A DNA stretch of 64,000 bases from Psammoneis japonica (taxonomy: Eukaryota): contig QPGO01000064.1 in the NCBI GenBank assembly GCA_008632985.1, forward strand, positions 62,001 to 126,000. The letters are read 5' to 3'. The translations under genes were made by a program, and so were the position numbers. Positions 57,565-64,000 of this stretch are shown here, piece after piece (positions within the stretch are counted from its first letter, which is position 1; each line of letters begins with the position of its first letter). The notes beneath the pieces were generated by a model. The model saw nothing but the letters and a program-made list of their open reading frames with translations. It ran no database searches and was not told the DNA's origin.

Positions 57565-58869
57565 ATGACAATTTTATCGAAAAGGACGATAGTAACATTA
57601 TTGGTGTCGGCGAGCAGCATCTCTTCTGGAGAGGGTTTCTTGACGGACATTCGAGACTGGTTCCTGAACTTGTTCGAAAAGAGTCCAAAAATCGTTGTAG
57701 ACTGCGTTCTCAATGATATCGAACAATTTCTTGACGTTGCCGAGTCATTGACACTCGGTAAATGCGGTTTCCAAGCCTTTGCAAACTCATTCACGGATCC
57801 GCCCCCTGGATCAAGCCTGCCTTTTGAGCTCGTGGGAAGCGACAGTGACAAGGAGGTTTTTGTGTTTGACACTCCCGTCGAGAGTTTCATTCGATCATCC
57901 ATCAAGTGCATCGACACAAACATTAAGGACATTACTTTTTCTGCAAAGGTCCTTAGAACTGCTTCTAGGGGAATTCGACTCTCAAATGTGGCATCCTACG
58001 TGGCGGTGTGCCTGCTGGAAGAAGTGTCTGGAGGCGCGTGTTTCTCCGCCGACACTACCGCCTGTCGTATTGATGACAAATTGGTGTCACCCGAGGAAGC
58101 CTACAAGGAGTGTTTTAACAATGAACACGCTGAAGAACTCGCCAAGGAGGGAGCTGCTCATCGTGTCCTCATGTCTCACCTTTTGCCGGGAGACATGGTC
58201 CTCAGCAAGACTGCCAATGGAGAACTCTTTTTCGACAAGGTCTTTGTCAACTTTCATCGCAAACAAGACGACAAGAAGGCTCCGCTCCTCAAGATTCACC
58301 ATTCAGGTATGGGAACGATCTCCGTGACACCCGACCACATGTTGTTTGTGGATGGTATGTTTCAGCCAGCAAGCAACGCAATTGCTGGATCGAAGCTTTC
58401 GGATGGTTTAGTTGTCACCAAAGTAGATGAAAAGAAAAGCCTAGGGTCCATCATAAACCCAATTACCTTTGGTGGCACCATTCTGGCGGCTGGCAACGAC
58501 GCGCCTATTCTTTCGACCACGGTGTCGGACTCTTGGATTGGAAGGTTGTTCCTGACGTCGGCATACAAGACGTACTCACCTTGTCAGTGGCTCGCTCGGT
58601 TGTTTCCTTTTTACGTGCAATCTTACTACGAAACGGTGTTGGGTCCCTTTCTCGACCAGCGGTCCACCTTTTTGTACGAGTCTCCACTGAACTATTCGGT
58701 GCTCAGCACCGCTCTTGTCATTTTGTGCGATTTGCTTGTCGCCACGGGGTACATTATGTACGTTTGTTGCGTCGACCGCATCGTTTTTGGTCTCCTCTTC
58801 CTCCTCTTCTTCTTGGTTGTGGCGAGTCCCTTCTACCAAGAGCGCAAGAACAAAAAGAAGGATGCATAA
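57565..58869 (+). CDS. Secreted Hint (Hedgehog/intein-like) domain protein with C-terminal TM segments
   Basis: Signal peptide, GGA|CFSAD, LLPGDMVL, VTPDHMLFV, INPITFGGTILA, two TMs, terminal KKKDA. Confidence 0.85.
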   Translation: MTILSKRTIVTLLVSASSISSGEGFLTDIRDWFLNLFEKSPKIVVDCVLNDIEQFLDVAESLTLGKCGFQAFANSFTDPPPGSSLPFELVGSDSDKEVFVFDTPVESFIRSSIKCIDTNIKDITFSAKVLRTASRGIRLSNVASYVAVCLLEEVSGGACFSADTTACRIDDKLVSPEEAYKECFNNEHAEELAKEGAAHRVLMSHLLPGDMVLSKTANGELFFDKVFVNFHRKQDDKKAPLLKIHHSGMGTISVTPDHMLFVDGMFQPASNAIAGSKLSDGLVVTKVDEKKSLGSIINPITFGGTILAAGNDAPILSTTVSDSWIGRLFLTSAYKTYSPCQWLARLFPFYVQSYYETVLGPFLDQRSTFLYESPLNYSVLSTALVILCDLLVATGYIMYVCCVDRIVFGLLFLLFFLVVASPFYQERKNKKKDA

Positions 58870-60038
58870 GAGGCGTATCCGCAACTTTCGCCCGGCACCA
58901 CATGTTTGCAACGAACAGAAAGAATATCAAATAGCAGGGAAAATCTGTATCACTTCGTGTATTCAGAGCCAGCTCGTATGTCGCATAGAGATAAAGTAGC
59001 GGCACTCATTGTTCTCAATTCTGTCCTCTTTTCTTCTATATGCTTGTCCAAAAATGTAAGGGAGGAGTAAGCAACAGAGACTCTGTCATGTGCAAAAAAT
59101 GAAATGCTCAGACTCCTTCTCAATGAGAGGCTGAACATCAATGGTAACGGTGTGGGCGACAAGCATTTGTACCAGGGTGCGACCAATTTGTTGGACAGCG
59201 TAGCGCTGTGCCTCTCGAGAGCTGACTTGTGAGATGCTCGCTACCGCGTTTGCCAGTATGGCTCCACCAAAATCATTATTCTACCACTGCCAGACATGTT
59301 GTCCTTAGCATATTCGCAATCATACTGTTCCAAGCATTGTTCTGCTGAACCAACCACACACTCTAATCGTCGCAAAGCTCGGCACTGACCTTGAGCAGCA
59401 AATAGCTTTCTCGTACGGCACAGACGACTCCACCCGAACCGGCTCCATTTACTCGTAATTGAGATTGTTCAAGTGACGCAGGTTCTCCTGCATCTGCTTC
59501 CAATGCAATGGGCTCGTCATTTGGAAAGGTCGCATCACCGTTCATAAGGTGCCATTCTAGAGCGCGAAGCAGGATGCATTTGGGTTCGCCAGGAAAAAGC
59601 GGGAGCAGCAAACGATCCGAGAAAGGCCCTCTGTCTCCTTTGAACAAACGAGCCGTGGAACCAAGCCTTTGTTTAGTAGGGCCCCAACTACCAAGGAAGA
59701 GGAGGGTGATAATAGAATGTTGGCCCCGGAGAACTTCCATGTCTTCTTCGAAAAAGACGCATTCGTTGGTCGGTTAGAGGAGCCTTCAACAATCCTGCGA
59801 GCTCAAGCAGCTCGTAGTCCGATTTCTAATGCATGATCGAAGCTCGAACACTTGTTTCATCTCCCCTCGTCCTTATCAAAGTGCATATTGATTCATTTCT
59901 ATCTTTCAACTAGATGCTTATATGATCATTAGGCGCATCTCGTGTAAATCGTATATAGTTCAAAATACAGCTTTGGTATCGAATGTCACTGAATCACTGA
60001 TGAATTCACGGTGTGCTCAACCAGTTACGCCTCTGCCA

Positions 60039-60994
60039 TCACCCGTAGTGAATGTTTATGATTTGAATATTTCCACGCACGGTGAAAAAAGGAACCGGTT
60101 GATCATAGCTGACAGCGGTTTCCGTGGTTTGGACTGCTTCACCCACTTCCCATCGAAAGTTCGAGTTGGACTCGCGAACGCATTTGACAGTTGTTCCTTG
60201 TGCAATCTCGGCGCTCTGCATTTCAGACGAAAGTTCTTCGCTGGAGCCACCATTCATCATTGTTTTTACAAAGAAGTCAAGACTGACAGATTTTTTGCCG
60301 TTGCTTTCGAAACTGTATTGCTTATCTCTCCATCCAACCTGAAGCGCTGTGACCTGACCAATTAATACAATCTCGAACGACTGCACTCAAAGACCATGTC
60401 CATCGCCTACAAGATCAAGAGGATCAGAGCTTGATGAAGAAATAGAGAGTTGAGGATAGTCCTTGGCTACCTCAATGTTGTCCATAGTGCCGTCGGCAGG
60501 AGTCACATGAATCGGATAAACAGCCAATGTGAGGCCGTAATACGCCACCAATCTAAGGAAAGAGTTCGTGGCTGAGGGAACCTCAAGCTTGGGGGCTTCA
60601 TCTGTGTCAATAGCCTTGTCCCTGAGAAAGTTGACGAGCGTAAGGAAAACGTCAGGATCGTGGTCAATGAAGATCCTGCCGTTCTTATCACGCTCCAGCG
60701 AATCGTCCCACCGGCCACTGAACTTGGCCTCCATCATCGAGTTCTTGACAGATGTTAGGGTCCGTCGCAGCACCGCAATGTCTTGGCGTCCACCTACATT
60801 AAGATCAAGACATCGCTCGGTTCTGCCCCTCCTAGTGCCGACTTTAGGAGTTCCTCTCGGTGCTCGACGTGCTTCTCTCGTTCTTCCAGGTCTTTTTGTT
60901 TCTTAGCCAGTAGCTTAGGCAGGCTTGAAAAGGCATCCTCAAGCTTCAGGTTGTCGTCCATCTCGTATCTGTTACTTGTGGAACGATTGGCCAT
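60039..60994 (-). pseudogene. BTB/POZ (KCTD-type) domain gene with one frameshift and one internal stop
   Basis: SDVL/DLNVGGRQDIAVLRRTLT...FSGRW...IFIDHDP. 1-nt deletion at ~60805. TGA at 60387-60389 is followed by an in-frame continuation. Confidence 0.75.
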
Positions 60995-61242
60995 TGTTCA
61001 CTCGTTGTCTATCGCTCAAGATTTTTGATTTGATCTGATGCAAGATCTCTCGGTCTCTCGTTTGATCCTGTGAGTCGGAGAAATACGGTGACGGACGGAG
61101 GGACGGACGTCACATAACGGTAATCGGAAAGCACAGGATTCCACGTCTGATTGCATTTAACGCACGTCGACCAACGACCAACGCACGACCAACGACGCAC
61201 AACGAGCACGAGAATTTCCTTGACGAACAAGCGGTGCTGACC

Positions 61243-62133
61243 ATGGCGAAACGAGAAGGACAGCCAGTGCCCAAACCCCTCATGGAAGCAACTACGGCGA
61301 TTTCGGTTGCACCCGTGATGGGAGCGGTAACTGGAGGCAGACCGACCTCTTGGAGAGTCCACACGACACAGCCAGAGACAGAGCAGCAGCCCTCCAACAA
61401 CACCATTGCAGCAGCAACGCCGACGACTACAGTGGTCGAGAACAGCGTCCCTGATTTCTTTTCTGACAATGTAGAGACGGGCGATGGAGCGCTCATACCC
61501 ATTGATAGTGTTTCAATGTCATCCCCACCACCTACTAGTGCTTCCCAAGGAGCTACGACACCCCAATCGGAAGGAAACGAGCCGACCCCAGAAATCGCAC
61601 CAACTCCGGAAATCCCGGGCATTGGAAGAATCCAGCGCAACAACAAGAAGGATAGTTCCGCCCCTCACCACCATCAAGCAGCTCCACAAAAGAAAAAAGA
61701 ACGAATCATTATCCCCGATCGAACCATCAATGGTGGACTTGATACCAAATTTGAAACGGATCCGCACGGTTTGGATCTCTGTGGGCTCATGACACCCGAA
61801 GAGTACACCGATGAAATAACGAGATTAAACGACATTTTGAGGCCATCTCGCTCGGACGCGGTCGATGCCGGTCTCCTTGCCACGGGACCACTGATTGTGC
61901 CTCTGGCGATTTGGGGAGTCCGTCACAATAACAATGTGAAGAAACGCAAACAGTTGCTCATGGAGGGCATTGAGGATTTCAACGAAAGGTATCCTACCCT
62001 CTATATGCGCTACAACAAGAGTCCCGCGAGTTATTTGAGCATTGAACGGAGACATAATCAGCAGATGACGACGGGTATGGAAGAATCGTGGATGCAGAAT
62101 GGAATGAATGAAGGAGAGCACATTCTTAGTTAA
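61243..62133 (+). CDS. Erf4/Golgin A7-like domain protein
   Basis: Low-complexity N-terminus, then TKFETDP...GLMTPEEYTDEITRLNDIL, a hydrophobic hairpin, IEDFNERY. Confidence 0.6.
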   Translation: MAKREGQPVPKPLMEATTAISVAPVMGAVTGGRPTSWRVHTTQPETEQQPSNNTIAAATPTTTVVENSVPDFFSDNVETGDGALIPIDSVSMSSPPPTSASQGATTPQSEGNEPTPEIAPTPEIPGIGRIQRNNKKDSSAPHHHQAAPQKKKERIIIPDRTINGGLDTKFETDPHGLDLCGLMTPEEYTDEITRLNDILRPSRSDAVDAGLLATGPLIVPLAIWGVRHNNNVKKRKQLLMEGIEDFNERYPTLYMRYNKSPASYLSIERRHNQQMTTGMEESWMQNGMNEGEHILS

Positions 62134-62245
62134 AGAGGGAGCAACAGTACCGGTCTTTCGCGTTTGAAGACGATTTGCCGGCTCGAGCTCAGTTGTGTAT
62201 AGGCTGTATTGTTAAAGCTAACGAGGATCCCACATTGAGATCCAA

Positions 62246-63568
62246 TCACAGGAGTGGCTGTTCCAGTTCGTTCTTTTCGTTAACCCTTTCATCGTCCTGC
62301 GGTGGTTCACTCTCCTCTTCAGAATTATCCAGAGTTGACGTGCGATCATTGTGGCGAGGGACAAATGGATTTGCAAGACCGGTTTCAAACTCCCTCGTCA
62401 CTTCATACTTTGCATCCTGATATCGCTTCTTTTCTGGTAATACGTACAACATCAAGTTGTCTACGATGAACGTAACCACCGCCAGCAATCCCAGTCCCGT
62501 TGTCAACGTCACCAAAAAAGCAAGCGTATCAAATTGATGAAACTCTCCTCCCAACAAAACAGCAAGCTTTACTCCATGCGCCTTGAGAAGAGTACGGGAT
62601 TCTCGGTAATGATCATAATACGGAATGCTTTGTTTGAACGAGGAACCAACGACAAGCTGAGGAGCATAATAGTAATAGGGATCCACTCGCCCTTCGTATG
62701 GCTTGAAATCAGACCAATAGATATTGACAAGGACGGTTGCACCCGAGTCACGATAGGTTTGGCATGGACCATCACTTTCAACAGAAGGCGAGTTGCAACC
62801 ATCCAGATCCATGCCTGCTGCTTTGAGCAAGACATTCAAAGAAAAGAAATCTTGTTTTGTTGATGTTCGATTGGGAGGAATGTAGCATGGAGCAGAATCT
62901 GTCTCTTTGGATCCGTGGTAACTTGCAAACGCATTGCCAGATGCATGCTCGAGTTTGCATTGCTCTTCATGGTTGCACAATAGTCTTCCCTGATAACTGG
63001 ATGCTTGTGCTGAGCATGCGTACTTTGATGTTGCATTTTGATTATACGAAGTGCAGATTTTGGTTGCTGAAACCGCGTGGTCCAAAAGCACCGTAAAGGC
63101 ATCACTTTGCGCCGTGTAAAACTTGACTTCTTTCGAATCATCTTGATAGGTACGCGGACACGTCATTTCATCGTGACACACAAGCGATTGATTTACAGTA
63201 CTGGCTCGAGTTATGACTGCAAGAGACTTTTCACTGACAATCTGAGCATTTATTGCCTCGTAGATTTCACACTTATATTTTGTTCCCGCATAAGAAGCGT
63301 TTGACTGTGAACAGTACGGCAAGCTATCGAGTGGAGCCATGGCGTTATGACATTTTCTTGTGGATGGATCACAGTTATCAACCGTAGGCTGCTGGAGGGA
63401 GAATCGAACTACACCAACAACAGAAGAAGAGGACAAGTATCCACCCATAGCCCACATCTCGAATACGATAACGTAGACGCAGACCAAAATCAGCAGAAAG
63501 TACCGCAACAATCCATGCCTGGCATCCTGAATTTGAACATACTTGACAGTTTCGTATGAGCAAGCCAT
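62246..63568 (-). CDS. P2X receptor-like ion channel (an upstream exon is possible)
   Basis: YETVK (YxTxK), TM1, Cys-rich ectodomain, RTLLKAHGV, TM2 GLGLLAV...VD, YQDAK (YxxxK). Confidence 0.88.
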   Translation of the reverse strand: MACSYETVKYVQIQDARHGLLRYFLLILVCVYVIVFEMWAMGGYLSSSSVVGVVRFSLQQPTVDNCDPSTRKCHNAMAPLDSLPYCSQSNASYAGTKYKCEIYEAINAQIVSEKSLAVITRASTVNQSLVCHDEMTCPRTYQDDSKEVKFYTAQSDAFTVLLDHAVSATKICTSYNQNATSKYACSAQASSYQGRLLCNHEEQCKLEHASGNAFASYHGSKETDSAPCYIPPNRTSTKQDFFSLNVLLKAAGMDLDGCNSPSVESDGPCQTYRDSGATVLVNIYWSDFKPYEGRVDPYYYYAPQLVVGSSFKQSIPYYDHYRESRTLLKAHGVKLAVLLGGEFHQFDTLAFLVTLTTGLGLLAVVTFIVDNLMLYVLPEKKRYQDAKYEVTREFETGLANPFVPRHNDRTSTLDNSEEESEPPQDDERVNEKNELEQPLL

Positions 63569-64000
63569 CTTGACCTTGACACATAGGAGTTAGAAGTAAA
63601 GGTCTTCTATAGGATAGCAGCTATTGCGAGACCACCTATAGCCTTAAGGGTGAAAAGGTTGCCGTTTGTCATCGTCGCGGCTATGCTATCTATCTACCGG
63701 TATCGCACAGCATTTTTCGAAATCCAATAGTACGGACAAACCACGCACGCCTTCTGTGGGAATCTGATGTGTTTCTACGTGTCGTACTTTGCCGTGTTGT
63801 AACTTCCCATCTGCAGTATGCCTCGCTACTGGACAACACGGCGAGACCGTGCATAAGCCTCTTGTACGTGGCAACGTAGTATTGTTAACACGTACCTGGG
63901 AAGCACGACCACAGGAGGGCGTGGCTCTAGGTCTTAGGCAATTCCAGAAGGATGCTAAGAGAGCATCCGGCCGTGTGAAGCACACTAGCCCGTCGTCTGG

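Noticed and set aside
57565..58869. Hint domain as a true intein
   Set aside because: No C-terminal His-Asn plus Cys/Ser/Thr junction and no split host protein. The layout is Hedgehog-like.
59363..59740. 125 aa minus-strand ORF
   Set aside because: No recognisable motif or gene structure.

Overview
Eukaryotic genomic DNA, most likely from a diatom. The support is short GT-AG introns, DUF6824 domains, RxL motifs, a bipartite plastid-targeting signal and diatom-type TE relics. About 22 genes of ordinary composition alternate with sharply bounded blocks (~3.75-7.6, ~9.1-17.2 and ~33.4-43.2 kb, plus a small patch at 1.5-2.0 kb) where TpA is almost absent. In the large blocks CpG is also strongly depleted and TpG/CpA are enriched. 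The blocks hold relics of Plavaka-like DNA transposons, two gag-only LTR-like elements and a dead copy of the neighbouring DUF6824/CRAL-TRIO gene. Aligning the dead copy to its intact neighbour shows CG->TG/CA and also systematic TA->TG/CA transitions. This points to a region-targeted hypermutation process running opposite to fungal RIP for TpA, and it is the main candidate for an undescribed system. The dense Tyr-free ORFs in these blocks are artefacts of it. Other items: a younger TIR element inside a mutated block, CTAG-rich palindromic tracts between co-directional genes, a caspase-like/Tudor-like fusion, a Hint-domain protein, a LamG-D8C gene, secreted rhodaneses and a P2X-like channel. 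All alignments and counts were done by eye and family calls come from motif recognition, not database searches.
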